Shown here piece after piece: positions 46,449-60,893 of a stretch of 64,000 bases of DNA (position 1 is its first letter; each line of letters begins with the position of its first letter). The notes under the pieces are model-generated. The model searched no databases. It was not told the origin of the DNA and saw only the letters and a list, made by a program, of their open reading frames with translations. Origin of the DNA: Amoebidium appalachense (Eukaryota; Protista; Ichthyosporea); assembly GCA_963693365.1 (NCBI GenBank), contig CAVNZM010000006.1:4567264-4631263 (forward strand). Direction: 5' to 3'. Position numbers and translations under genes: made by a program.

Positions 46449-49400
46449 GAGAGCGTACCTTCAAACCCATGAGCTTGCGCTCGTCGAGTTCGGGCTCAGC
46501 ACACCACGTGAGGAAGGTGATAACGTCCTTGGCCATCTGGCTGGTGGTGGCAACAGTGCCTGCATATGCACACAGTGGTCAGGAAACGACATGTGCACAC
46601 AGTGGTCAGGAATTGACACATGCCAGGAAACGACATGTGCACACAGTGATAAAACCATACATGCACACAGTGGTCAGAACCATACACATGCACACAGTGA
46701 GTGGTCAATATCACACACCTGAACACAGTACTCTAAACACAGGACTACCTTCGTCAGAACAAACAAGCACGCAGTAGTCTAAAGAATGCACATACACACG
46801 GTGGTCTGTGGCACACACAGGCACACACAGGAGGGACACAGAAAATGCAGACCCGAGACCTGCATACGTGCAGTACACACACATCTTTAAAGCATGTATG
46901 AGCATACATGCAGCAACCCCCTCCCTTCACACATATACACCCACACAGTCCGAACATGTGTGTACATGCAAAAAGGAAACCAACAGGTGCACACACCCAA
47001 ACCTCCAGTTAGCCACATGCACTTAACACCACAACATTCCAGCGTGCAAGCGCAGCACAAAAAAACCTTGTGTAAACAGAAAGCATACTCGTGAACACAC
47101 ACATACACACGGGCAAGAAGTGACACAGGCAATCTGTCCCCACCGCAAAAGTCCCCTTCATCCAATCACAGTCTGTGTCTGTCTCCCTTCCACGGAGTAT
47201 GAGTGCGTGCTCGCGCATGCATGCAAAAAGATGCGGGTTGTCTATAAACGTGTTCCCCCCCCCCCCCTTCCGGAAATCAAATGGCTCTTACATCTAAACT
47301 ACCTTATAATCTTATATAGCAACTTCACTCCCCTCTCCTCCGCTTCTTCCTCCCCCCCCCCCCCCCCCCTCCAAACGTACTCACCCACCCACCCCAACCC
47401 CAACGACACAAACACCTCTGGATGTGACATAGAACCGGAACAAGCAAGCAGGGCGGCGGGGTATGAGCACAATCTAGGAGAACAAAGTTAGGGGGTATGG
47501 GCACATACCATCGGGGTACTCGACTTGGCCGTCGTAGATGGGGCGAGCCATACCAATGGCACCACCGGGGAAGTAGGGGTTGTAGTGCAGACCCTCACGG
47601 ATAGAAACACCGGCGGGGGGCTCATGGAAACCAGTCAACAGGGCAAACAGGTAGTCCTGTGTGTGTGTGTGTGTGTGTGTGTTGGGGGGGGGGGGGGGGG
47701 GGGGGGGGGGCAATCATGTCAGTAAGAAAGTCTTTAGGGTATGGGAAATGCTGGCCCAGGCATGCAGGGGCGGATCGCGGAAAGGGGGGAGCGGACAGGA
47801 ATGTGTGGGTGTGCTGGGGGGAGGGGGGAAGGGGTCCAGCAGGCTGTACAGAGGACATGTGTACATAGTCAGGAACAAGGTGTGTGTGATGTGATGTGCG
47901 CGTGAATGTGTGTGTATATTGGGGGGGGGGGGGGGGGGGGGGGGGGGATATTACTGAGTACGGAGCACGCATGCACGACGGACAAGCATACAAGCCAATA
48001 CTTTCTTTAACAGATGCACCCATATATGGTAGAAAGAAAAATGAAAATTAAAGAAATACCTCACGGCCATGGCGACCCTTGACCATCAGCGACAGATCAG
48101 GGGGGAGGGCACCGCCGTTGGCAAAGCGGGCGGCATTGTCGTTGGGGTAGGGCTTGGGCAAGTAGTCCGAGAGCTGCGGACCGTGTGGGGTGAGATAAGT
48201 AAACTGTGTACGTGCTCATATGTACATGCACGGGTGTGCGTGTATGTGTGTGTGTGTGCGTGTGAGGGTGTGTGGCAGCAGTTGTGCCGGTCGTTCCCAT
48301 ATTCACATGTGTGTTGGTGACATGTGAATCACGTATGGAAACATACATGGGAGAACTATTGCACAATTTTCCCTCCCCGTTCTTCGAACCCCAACCAGAC
48401 ATGTATTCAGTGGTGGGTGAACATGTTGTGACTGTTGCAGTACTGAAAGTCTTTCAAGCCTTCTCTATCGCACACCACATTTCACAACTTCAACAAGTGA
48501 AGCATTGTTGATAGAGGCAGACGGACTGCAAGATTAGCCGGCTAACATACCGGCCCCTACGACACAGCCACCAACAACTATGTCTATTCCATGTCACTTA
48601 CCAAGGTTCTCTATGTGTACAACAAACACGCACACGCACATGCACACACACAATACTCATTTTGCAAGGACGGGTTCATCTCGTGTCATTTATCATCCTT
48701 CCCCATATAACACACCCACAGTATGCACCTTGCCAGGACGCACGCATGCTCGCAACCACGCACCCACGCATGCACACAAACACACACACCTTGCCAGGGC
48801 GGGTGAACATGTTGCCAGTGTCATCGGGGCCGTCAGTGACCTCCGTGTCCTCAGCAAGTGCCTTGGCCTCATCGACCGTGTGGGTGTTGTTGACCAGGTT
48901 GCGGTAGGCAATGCGCTTCAAGCTGTGGCAGGCAGCACACACCTCCTTGTACACCTGAACACGAGGGAAAAAACGGAGTATGTTAGACTTGGGCTACTTG
49001 TACACATGCACAGGTAGAAAACAAGGGAAAGAAAAAGGAGTTGTTAAGCAGGGTCACCTCCAGACAAAAAACACCTTGTATACCCCACCAGAAGAAACAA
49101 ATTGTACAAATTCACAGGAAGAAAACAAGAGGGGGAAAAAAGGAGTTGTTAAGCAGGCTCAGCTCCAGACAAAAAAAACCTTGTATACCACGACAGAAGA
49201 AACAGACCAAGAAGCCGTTAGGCTACCTACTTGTACACCTTCACAGGAGGGGAAAGAGAAGTATCTAGATTTTTCCAACTTGTACAAATGCACAGGAAAA
49301 AAACGAAGATGAAAGGAGGTTTGACGTGAGCTCTATACAAATATTCGGATATGCCAGGACAGGAGAAAGACAGGAAGACGAGCAGCTAGATTACTTGTAC

Positions 49401-51413
49401 ACCTGAACAAAAAAAGAAGAAGAAAAGGGGGGTAAACAGAAAAGTCGGCTGTAAACGCGGCAAGCGCAGTTGTCTTCCCGCTATATGAACTACAAGCAGT
49501 AGTTCAGTATACAATATTTGTAGATAGGTTACTGAAACCACGTAAGACGGTCACCCCTCACATTCTGTCCACCACATATTCATACACAACATGGGGACTT
49601 CCATCCACAACAAACAACGTCATCAACCCCGGTGCTACCAAGACATACAACCACGTCACGTGACTAATCACACCCTCAAGAAAGGTTTTATTGGGCGAGG
49701 CTATAGCACTTTCAAAAACAGCCCCCCCTCCCCATCAATGCAAACATAAATGAAGCCCATGTGTCTCAACAACAATGGTTGTGAAACAAAACGGACTGCT
49801 CCACCCTGATAATGCAACCAAGAGGCCCACTCGTTGTTTCCTTTCATCACGGCGTTTCCGTTCCCATTATCCCGTTTCCGTATATTACGGCCCGTGTATC
49901 AAATCATTTGTTCCATCACCCATGTCCACTCCCTCCTCGTGGTATTCACTATTCCAAGCAGTACAGGATATCCCCTTGTAACATCAGATGGATTACGTAG
50001 AAACAGCAACTCCAGATATCCAACCGTGGTTGGAAAAATCCACACACCTCCCTGCACATGGTCGCCATACACCGTCTCTTGCCCAACTCGTGTGCCACTG
50101 GAATATTTTTTGTGCGCATAGCTTTGTCCACGGAAACATAACTCTCACCAAACATACGAAAACTAAACGGAACGAGTGATTGATTAGGGAGCGGTGTCCT
50201 TTGTCTGGCTTTCAACTCTCCTCTTCACTAGTCGGGCTAGCTTTTGCAAGAAAGCTGCGATGGACAGCGCCGTTCGCGTTCACACAGGCCACAGCTTTCG
50301 GTTCACCTCGGTTCAATGCCACCTGCATAACCCAAAACAACGTGGTCTTTCCGCGCCACCTGGTGCACACACATCACAAACAGGTTCACAATGCACGCAC
50401 CTGGAAACCACGGCGCATGCTCGCATGGTCGAGGGACGAGAGGAGGCCGTTGTGGCTCCAGGGGTACTGGGCAGGGTGCAGCCCATCGTCGCTGGCCAGC
50501 ACGCTGCCGCAGCCCACAGCCGCAATCGCAGCACCGGCACCAAGCGCCACAGGGGCCTTGGACCGCACGGCCTGTGGCAAGAAAACATGAGGGTTACAAA
50601 GGGGTCTAAACCGAAGTACAAGGCACAACCCCCTTTATCAGGGAAGTGCACGGTACGCGAAACACGTCGTTTAGGCGGGTTCAAACACGGCAGAACGCAC
50701 CCCTATACTTCTTCTCCATAGGAAACGAATACAGGTGTGAAACGGGCCTTGCAGACCAATTACAAAAGAGCTTAGGGTTGAGCAACACCACCGGGTTACA
50801 AAGAAGTTTAATTCGAAAGTAAGGATCGTAGACCACAGAGTACGCAGCGCAAAGCACTCAACATCAATGAGTCGTTCGGCTGTAAAACACAGGTTCTAGA
50901 GTGCCATCCATCCAACCTGAACAAAACAGCCCATGAAAGGCGGAACAAGCCCTGATTGTTTGGTCATTCCTGTGCTGTTTGGCCGGGTAGGTTCGACCTG
51001 CTGTTCCTCGTGGCTCTAGTGTAGAAACGCACATACTTACGAACTTATCTCGAGTTAAGCTGTCTGTGGACATGAGTGGCTACAAAATTCCCTACGGAAG
51101 CAGCGTGCTGGTCGCCGGCTTGCACCGTGCTCGGTGCATGAAGCACCTATATACTCAACTCCGGCTCATATACCCTACTCGTCCCACGCGTCGTATGCCA
51201 TTATTGTCTAATCTCCGTCCGAGGCTCTACCACATCGTCGAAACAGCCCTTTACATCCTGCTGCATGATCCTTTATGGTTGGCTGTTACTGTTGTTTCCT
51301 TCCAGGATTAGAACACAGTCAAACTAAACGCTAACAGTAACTATACACAGGTACCGCTCAAGGCTCACCTGGGCAGCCGTGCGGAAGAAACCAGCGGCCT
51401 TTGCCCCGAACAT
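45681..51413 (-). CDS. CYC1: Cytochrome c1, heme protein, mitochondrial (complex III), ~281 aa
   Basis: Exons 51413-51369, 50571-50401, 48954-48790, 48173-48060, 47656-47509, 46559-46459, 45782-45681. [17 protein letters not shown] heme motif, [19 protein letters not shown]-terminal TM + KRHKW. Confidence 0.96.
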
Positions 51414-52164
51414 GTCCACTGATGTTGCAAAAAGGGCCCCTCCGGAACACAAGACGTGCGTGTGGCAAATGCGCGCCTGTGTGCCTGCCTGCTTTGGCGT
51501 GGCCAGGCCGCGCCATTCTCATTTTGGACCCATTTTTGGAATTCTGGACCTCACCTACGGGCTAGAGCGTACGGTCGGCGGTAGCTGGGCGAGCAGGTGT
51601 ACGGTTTAGTAAAAGATAACCTAAGGAGGAGAAGGGATTTGATGGTATCAGTGTGCAATAGCATTCGAACAGCCATGCTCTGTAGATAAATACGAGAAAA
51701 ATTTTCCCTAATTCTTCAAAGCTAACCAATGAACTGTCACTTTGTACGTATACAAATATTATTTCTTATCACACATTGACCAGCAGCTTCTTGAGGGGTA
51801 AATTCGAAAGGAATTGCCTGAGAAGGTCATGCGAAAGGAGCCTGCCAAATATGGTTAATGCGGTGACATTCGCTAATTGATTGGTTGACAAACCAGCTAA
51901 TAAAAAGGATAGGAAAGCGCGCCAACAAAGAGTTCACCCTAACCTCATTCTACACCCAATGAAATTACGAGATTTTACTCACTTACTAGCTATAAGATTT
52001 AAAATAGGGTTTTAAAGTATGAAATCACGTTTAGTGACGGGTTGTTAGGGTGCATCATGCTCACGCGCCAAACGATGCTTTGAGTCGGCTGCGGTGTGTT
52101 TCATCTTTTTCAGTTTCTTGGTGCCCGAAAGATTTCGTTTGTGGATTTCACACAAAGAAAAAAC
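51414..52164. promoter_or_regulatory. Divergent (bidirectional) promoter region between CYC1 and PGM3
   Basis: Head-to-head starts ~750 bp apart; microsatellite-free; several CCAAT/ATTGG boxes (about 51727, 51881, 51956) and an ATAGGAAAGCGC motif. Confidence 0.6.
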
Positions 52165-53727
52165 ATGGCAGATCTTTTTGCTAACATCGATGCCGTGGGG
52201 GCCAGCAGGCACCCCAAGGATGAGAAGCTCAAGTATACCTACGGCACAGCCGGCTTCCGCACCAAGTGAGTGGGAGGGACTTTAGGTGGAAATTTTCGTT
52301 GGTTGTGTTGTTAAATATATTGGGAACCAACGTGGTTTGATATGTGCGGACACAATGCAGGTTCTCTTCGGGAGAATAGAGGTGATGGTTACGAGCCGTT
52401 TTCTATTTTACCGATAATTGCTTTTTTTTCTGATAGCAAGCAGGCACGGCAACGGGATCTGGTTTTTTTGACTTCAGGGATCCCCTTTCCCAGATGTATC
52501 TGCAGTGTCAATATATTGGCTCGCGTCGCTAGAACCCTTTGTTACTGCCGAGAAATCCTCCACTCCCCCCCTCCCCTCCCCTCCCCCTGTCCCTCCCCCC
52601 TTCATTTCTGTTTTGCTTTGCCCCTTTTCTTTGTCCAGAGATCTCGGAGTCCCTACAACTTGACAGGCTATGTCTGGCTGATGTGCAGGGCACGCTTGTG
52701 CCCAGATCTTACAAGCTTCGTACACCTAAGGGTAAATGAACAGTCCTTACTGAGATGTTTTTCTTTTTTTTTTTTCTTTTTGTATACAGGGGTGCCATTC
52801 TCGATAGTGTGATGTACCGCATGGGTCTTCTTGCTGCCCTTCGCTCACGCTGTCTCGGTGGGAAGACCATTGGTGTGATGGTGACTGCCTCCCACAACCC
52901 AGAGGAGGTCCGTATCCCCTAGTGACAAAACATTCATTCCACAATCTTTTTCAAAACCCCCCACCCACCACCCACCCTCCCCAATGGGCACGTACGCACA
53001 CACACACACGCACGCACGCACACACACGCACCAGCCGGCTCGCCCAACTTTTCTCTTTCCCTTCATCACCACATATCTCACCTCCTCTTCCTCCACCAGC
53101 CCCTTTTCGCATTGATGTTGGTTTCTACTTATCGTGTGCACTTCGCTTGTGTGTTCTCATTCGCTTATGCTCAGTTGAGATCCTTGCTGTTATTTGTTAC
53201 TCCATACTGAATTCATCGATCTTTACTCCCCGTTTATAATCCGCATCTTCCTGTTAGTTTTCTTTCAGAACTACTCTGCAGCCTATTGCACCCGCCCCCC
53301 CCCCCCCCCCCGTCTCCTGAGTTCCTATCTATATTTTTCTTGCTTCTGGTTACTGCTGCAACTTTAACCCCCGGCCTTTCCCACTGCCCTTTCCTGCATA
53401 AGCAACCCTCCTCGTCTCTGATCAAGACGGGTGACCTACCCATGTTCAAGTGAAACAGTATCTGAGTTGGGCTTCGTTAACGAGGTGAATAGGTCAAAAC
53501 TCGGGTACTGTGGATGACGTGGCCCCCCCCCTGAGGATGGGCTCTGCTTATTATGTATACTCTTTATGTATGGCTTGCATTCTGCGTCGTGTTATCCGTT
53601 TGTTCTTGTGTACTTCGTACTTTTTGACGCATTCAAACCCCCCTCCCCCTGCCTCCTCCGCCTCCCATCTACCCACACACACACACACCTGCCGATAATC
53701 CCCTCCCCTCCCCCCCCTCCTTCTCCC

Positions 53728-53774
<47 letters not shown>

Positions 53775-53866
53775 ACCCTCACCGTGCTTTAGGCAAAATC
53801 ACCATCCACCCTTCCGATAATCTTCGAGCACTTCCCCGAACTAAGTTTATTAAGCTTACCCGACCC

Positions 53867-53899
<33 letters not shown>

Positions 53900-54292
53900 G
53901 GCCCTTTTCTCTTCCCTTTCCAGTCGTGCCCCTATTCTCAACGTGCCATATTCAAACTTTCCTTTCGGCCGGCATTTAAATTGTTACACGCGTAAATTTG
54001 CCCGGTTTCACCCTATCACCAATCCCCCCCCCCCCCCTCCCCCCCCCGAGTGCTCCCCCAGTCGTTTTTTTTTGTGTGCATTGTCCCTTCTTTGCCTATC
54101 CTCCTCCCCCACCTCCCCCCCCCCCCCCCCCCAAAAAAAAGTAACTGAATAAAATAAAAATAAAAAACACATACACATACTCCCTCTATCCATTGCCCAT
54201 TTCTCCCGAGACTTTTCTCTCTCTCTCTCTCTCTCTCTCCCCCCCCCCCCCCCCCTTCTCTCTCTTTCTCTCTCTCTCTCTCTCGTTCTTCT

Positions 54293-54338
<46 letters not shown>

Positions 54339-55377
54339 AAACCATGTCTCTAACCCACTTAAACAGACACACACACTCTCTCTCCTCTATCCGCTCCTTC
54401 TCTTTCAACCCCTATCTCCATCCCCCTCTCCGTGTCTCTTTCCAATCCCCCCACCCACCACCCACCACCCCTCCCGTCTCCCACCTCCCCTTCCCTGCCT
54501 CTTCCCTCCCCCCCCCCCCCCTCTCTGGTCCCGTTTTAACTCCCTTCTCTCCTTTCTTCTTTCCTCCCTCCCTCTCACTCTCTAGCAATTCTCCTTACGC
54601 GATCTCTCCCTCCCACCCACCCACCCACCCTCCCTCCTCTCTCTCTCTCTCCCCCTCTCTCTCTCTCTCTCCTCCCCTCCCTCCCCCCGCTTCCCCTTCC
54701 CCCAACCCCCTTTTTTGCTTTTCCCGCCTCCCCCTCTCTCCTCCTCCTCTCACTGTATCTTCGTCGAGAAAAAAGGGGGGAGGGGGGGCTGAAGGGAATT
54801 CAAATATTTGCAGATATTCACGTTACCCACATCCTCCTCTTATACACACATCTAACCTAATGCCATTTTTTTACCATTTTTCTTCACAGGACAACGGTGT
54901 GAAGCTTGTTGACCCACTTGGTGACATGTTGGAGATGGAGTGGGAGCGCCATGCAACTGAGCTTGCAAACGCACCAAACGGTGGCCTTACCCCCGTATTG
55001 AAGGACATCATTGCGCATAACAACATCGATATGTCCGTGCCTGCACGTGTGGCTTATGGTCGTGACACACGGTGAGTATTAAAATTAAAGGGGGGTTTCT
55101 TTTGGGCTGAATTATTGTTATCGCTTTTAAAAACTAATAAATATGTGCTAATTACAATTGATGATCTGCTAAAACTCCATTCTTTGGTCGTCGGGTCGTG
55201 CCAAATGTTGTTCGATGCGCACCAAGCTAATCATATTGCACTTATCACATTCGGGTCCGACCCGACCCGAAAACCTAAAAGAAATCCCCCTTTAACTTTC
55301 GCTTCAGTGTCATATTGGCAATTGTTACTACTGCTATTGTTCATATTACTCGGATAGTACTATTTTTGTTTTTATGT

Positions 55378-55424
<47 letters not shown>

Positions 55425-56051
55425 GTGTGTTTTTTGGGGGGGGGGGAGGGGGGTTAGAGGGGCAAATTTTTTGGCCGTAGTGGTAGTATCCATATTATTC
55501 TGTTTTCAGGATTTTGATGTATATGGGATAAAATGGCAATTTTTATTTGCTAACATCTATATATGATTTCATAATATTAACATCGTGTTTTGGAAAATGG
55601 GGGGGGGGGGAGGGGGGGGGGGGAGGATAGACATTCGTTGATTGCGGCAGGGGAGGGGCGGGGAGGATGAGAACGGGGAGACGACAACTACCATACCATA
55701 CCACCATGCTGCTACACCGATTTTCACAGGCAGCCAAAACTTTCTCTCTTCCTATCTCTGCCATGCTGTCACAATACACAACACACACTCTCTCTCGCTC
55801 TCTCCCTGTTTCCTCTCTCTATCTCTCCCTCCCTCCCTCCCCCCCTCCCCTCCCTCCCCCCCCCCCCCCCCCCCCCCCCCCCCCTTCCCCTCACTCACAT
55901 ACACTCACACTATTGCTCTCTCTCTCCCGTCCCGTCCCTGCTCTCCCTCCCTCCCCCCCCCCCCCCCCCCCCCCCCCCCTCTCTCTCTCCCCCTCCCCCC
56001 ATCCTCTGCTCTCCTCCTTCTCCCCCCCCCCCCCCCCCCCCCCTCCTTCTC

Positions 56052-56119
<68 letters not shown>

Positions 56120-56651
56120 TAACACACTTTCTATTTCACCACCACAGCCTCAGCGGTCCAGCGCTTGTTGCCTCCCTTCACGACGGTCTTGAAGCCATGC
56201 AGGCGGAGATTCGTGATTGTGGGGTCATTACTACCCCCCTTCTTCACTACATGGTGTGCTGCACAAACACTGACGGGGCATACGGTGAGAACACAGAGGA
56301 GGGTTACTTCAAGAAGCTCAGCGGCGCGTTCAAGAAGCTCAAGAAGCACGTGGTATGTTTTTCCCCGTTTTTTTTTCTCTCCTTTCCTTTTCTTTTCTTC
56401 TTTTCTTTTCCTTTTTTTTTTTTTTCCCCTTTTTTTTCTTCTTTTCTTTTTTGCTTTCTATTTGGTGCCAGCCCCCTCCCCTCCCCAATTTGTTTTTTAC
56501 TCGGCTGCTACACGTTGTGGAGTGTGTTTGCGCTTCACTACACGCTCACATCCCCAAGCACACAAATGCCTGCACACACACACACGGATGCGTAGGGTCA
56601 CACATAAAAGCACTCGGGCACGGGCATGCACACCCACTCACGCGCGCGCGC

Positions 56652-56712
<61 letters not shown>

Positions 56713-56768
56713 GAGAAAAGAGCAAAAATAAATAAAAAAAATGAAATCAAGACGCACTAACATCCCCA

Positions 56769-56817
<49 letters not shown>

Positions 56818-57643
56818 ACAACACACACACACACACGCCTTTTTTTTCTTTTCCCCCACACAGGCCAATGAGCGCCCCCTTCTTATCGACTGTGCCAATG
56901 GTGTTGGTGCCATCAAGACCAAGGAGTTTCTTGCCTATGCAGGCGACAGCTTCCCCGTTGTTCTTGTCAATGACGGAACCGATGGTGCTCTGAATGATGC
57001 TGTATATCCCCCCCCCCCCCCCCCCCCCCTCACCTCCCACCCCCTTCCCCCCGAATGTGTACTTTACACTTTATGGCACATCAACCCCCCCCCCCCCTCC
57101 CCCCATCCCTCCCCCAGGGGGTTCCCCAGCTCTTCGCCCCCCTTCCCCCCCCCCCCCCCCTCCCTCCCCCTCCCGTCCCCAACCTTTTTTTGGGGGAGGA
57201 GACGAAAAGGAGGGAGGGTTTGTGTGTGGGGTTTTTTGTTGGTGGTGGTGGTCGTTATGTGTGTGTATAGGGGGGGGGGGGGGGGGGGGAGGAAGAGGGG
57301 AGGGGGGGATATAGTCCTTCGTGTCGGTTGTTTTGCTGAACGGTTTTCAGATCTTCTGCTATGCACTTTCCGTTGTTTCTTCCCCCCAGGAGCCAATCCC
57401 CCTATCTGAGTTGGGTTTCGTTAACGAGGGGAATAGGTCGAAACTCGGGTACTGTGGATGACGTGGGCCCCCCCTGAGGATGGGCTCTGCTTATTATGCA
57501 TACTCTTTATGTATGGCTTGCATTCTGCATCGTGTTATCCGTTTGTTCTTGTGTACTTCGTACTTTTTGACGCATTCAAAACCCCCCCCCCCCCCCCACG
57601 ATTCCGAGATGCACTTAAAGCATCTCACACACACACACACACA

Positions 57644-57734
<91 letters not shown>

Positions 57735-57867
57735 CCCTTCCCCCCCCCCCCCCCCCCCCCCCCTTCCCCACCCTCCCCCCCTCAACTTTTGCTCTCTTTC
57801 TTGCTTTCGAGGACTCAGCCCCTGAACATGCGCGCCCACACACACCACACAAACAGCCACATTGACA

Positions 57868-57921
<54 letters not shown>

Positions 57922-58170
57922 ACACCACCACCACCACAACCCTACGTACACACACGTACACCTGCATGTGCACGTACACACACACGAATGCACGCAGTGC
58001 GGTGCGGACTTTGTTAAGGTATCTCAGAAGGTGCCCAAGGGCTGCCACCCCACCGCTGCCGACCGCTGTGTCTCTTTTGACGGTGACGCAGACCGTGTGG
58101 TCTATTTCTACGTTGAAGATGGTAACACCTCCCCACCCCCCGGGGCCCGCCCCGCCCCCTCCCCCTCCCC

Positions 58171-58202
<32 letters not shown>

Positions 58203-58358
58203 TGTGTGCGTGTAGGAGAAGAAAAAGCCACCCCAACCCTCCCATCCACCCACACCCGTCCGTCCTTTCTCTCAACCCGCATTGGCTCATCTTTGCAACT
58301 AATATTGTTCTCGTTTTCACATGCCGTTCTATATGAGTACCAGGCAACCCCTCCTTCC

Positions 58359-58400
<42 letters not shown>

Positions 58401-59119
58401 GGAATATGGGCTCTGCTTATTAGGCATTCCCGTTGTGTAGTTTGCACTCTGCATTGTGTTGTCCGTTGTGAATTCGAGTGTGTATATCGCACTTCATGAC
58501 ACAATGGCATCTCTCCCTCCTCCCCCCTCCCCCCCCCCCCCCCCCCCCCCTCCCTGAGGATGGGCTCTGCTTATGACGCATACTGTGCGCATGGCTGATG
58601 TTGCATACTTGAATGTTTGCCTTTGCATGTGTCCTGCACCATGCTTCTCATCGTGTACGCGTACTTCGTACCGTGTTCCGCATTCAAACCCCCCCAGTCT
58701 TCTTTCAGAGGTGTCCTTTCAGGACAGGCCACTGTGTGGAGACCGGGCATGGTTGCTCTGTGTCGTGCATCTGTAAGCACATACGCATTTTTCGCTGCAC
58801 TGCTTTAGTTTGCATACACATCTTCACCGTTTTGCTCACCTTGCTTGCATAAGCAACCCTGCTCGTCTTTGATCAAGACGGGTTGACCCTCCCAAGTTCA
58901 GTTGATGCTGCTGTCTGAGTTGGAGAGTCGTATATACGCGGGCTAAGGGGTCGAAACTCAAACGCAATTGATGACTTGGGCCCTCCCTGAGGATGGGCTC
59001 TGCTTATGACGCATACTGTGCGCATGGCTGATGTTGCATACTTCAATGTTTGCCTTTGCATGTATCCTGCACCATGCTTCTCATCGTGTACGTGTACTTC
59101 GTACCGTGTTCCGCATTCA

Positions 59120-59165
<46 letters not shown>

Positions 59166-60246
59166 CGGCCCTCCCATCCCCTCCCCCCACTCTCTGCTCA
59201 AAACTCATCTTCGCGCACCCATCCCCCTGCCATGCCCCTTCATTTCTCCCACTTGTATTGATTTTCTTTTTTTCTGTTTTTTTTTTTTCCCTCTTTTTTT
59301 TTTCCCTCTTTTTTTTGTTTTCTTTCTTTCTTTCTTTCCTTTCTTTCTTTCTTTCTTTCTTTTCTTTTCCTTTCTTTCTTTCTTTCTTTCTTTTCATTTC
59401 ATTTCTTTTCTTTTCTCTTTTTTTTTATAACAGACGGCACTTTCCGTCTTCTTGACGGAGACAAGATTGCCACCCTTGCCGGGGGCTACCTTGGTGAGTT
59501 GGTCCAGGCCATCGGTATCGACATCAACCTTGGTGTTGTGCAGACCGCATATGCAAACGGTAGCTCAAGCGCGTATCTGACTGAGAAGATGGTGGGTGCC
59601 AAGCATACTTGTGTGTGTGTGTGTTTGTGTGTGTGCGCGCGCGTGTGTGTTTGTATTTGGGTAGGTTGTGGGGAGGGAGGAGGTGTGTGTATGTTGTGTG
59701 TGTGCGCGGGGGGGGGGGGGGGGGGGGGGGGGGGGAGTGAGGCCCATGGTGAATGTGGGTGGGTGGGGTTTTTTTTTTTGGGAGGGGGGTAAGAGGGGGG
59801 TATGAACGTATGTGTCTGATGGTGGCGAAGAGGGGAGGGGGGAGGGAGGAGGGGGGTTGAATGAGTGTGTGTGTGTGCACGCGCTCGAAAATGGGGTCGT
59901 ATCTATGTTGTTTTGGCAGCATGTAAGGCCCCCTTTTTTCTTGGTATCTGGTGATGTACCCTCCCGGAACTTGAACCTTTGTTGAGCACGTGTTTTTTTT
60001 CACGGAGTGCAAGTGGCTTTTCATATTGTAAAGTGAAGGAGTTTGTTGAGAGCTCTACTGTGCACGTCAAAGTTCTTCTGTAAAATGATAGACGAAGGCG
60101 GCTTAAGGATCGTTACGAACGATATCCTGGCACTCAACCTCCCCCCCCCCCCCCCCCCCTGGAACGTGTATCGTACTCTAACACATTCTAAGCCCTCCCC
60201 CCCGCCCGACACACACACACACACACACACATTCAGACCACACTCG

Positions 60247-60279
<33 letters not shown>

Positions 60280-60860
60280 CACGTGCCCACGGCCTTCACG
60301 CCCACTGGTGTCAAGTATGTCCACCACAAGGCCAAGGAGTACGACATTGGTGTCTATTTTGAGGCCAACGGCCACGGCACGGTTCTCTTCAGCCCAGAGA
60401 CTGAGGCCCGCCTGCGCTCCATGGATCGCTCAAAGTATGTCTGCTCTCCCCTCCCAGCCCCCCTTCCTCCCTTTCCTCTCCCCTTCCCCCCCCCCCCCCC
60501 CCCCCCCCCCCTCCGCGCCCAACCACCAACCACCATTACCACCAACACATACACACATACACACACACGCGCGCGCGCGCGCACGTACACCCACCCCGAC
60601 ATCCTTCACTGGCGTCCTTCAATCAGATGCAATTGCCTGAAGGGGGTTCATATGCTTGTAAAATTTACAATTGATTAGAGTCCTTCTGGAAAATTGATAA
60701 ATTACCCAGGGCGTATAGCGTAGTGGATATCGCGTCTGCCTCCGGAGCAGAAGGTCGCAGGTTCAAATCCTGCTACGCTCGTTTGTTTTTTTTTTTTTCC
60801 TCCTTTTTTTGTCCTTTTTGTCGACGGCAAAGTCGCCGGGATCGAATCCTGGATCGCCCC

Positions 60861-60893
<33 letters not shown>

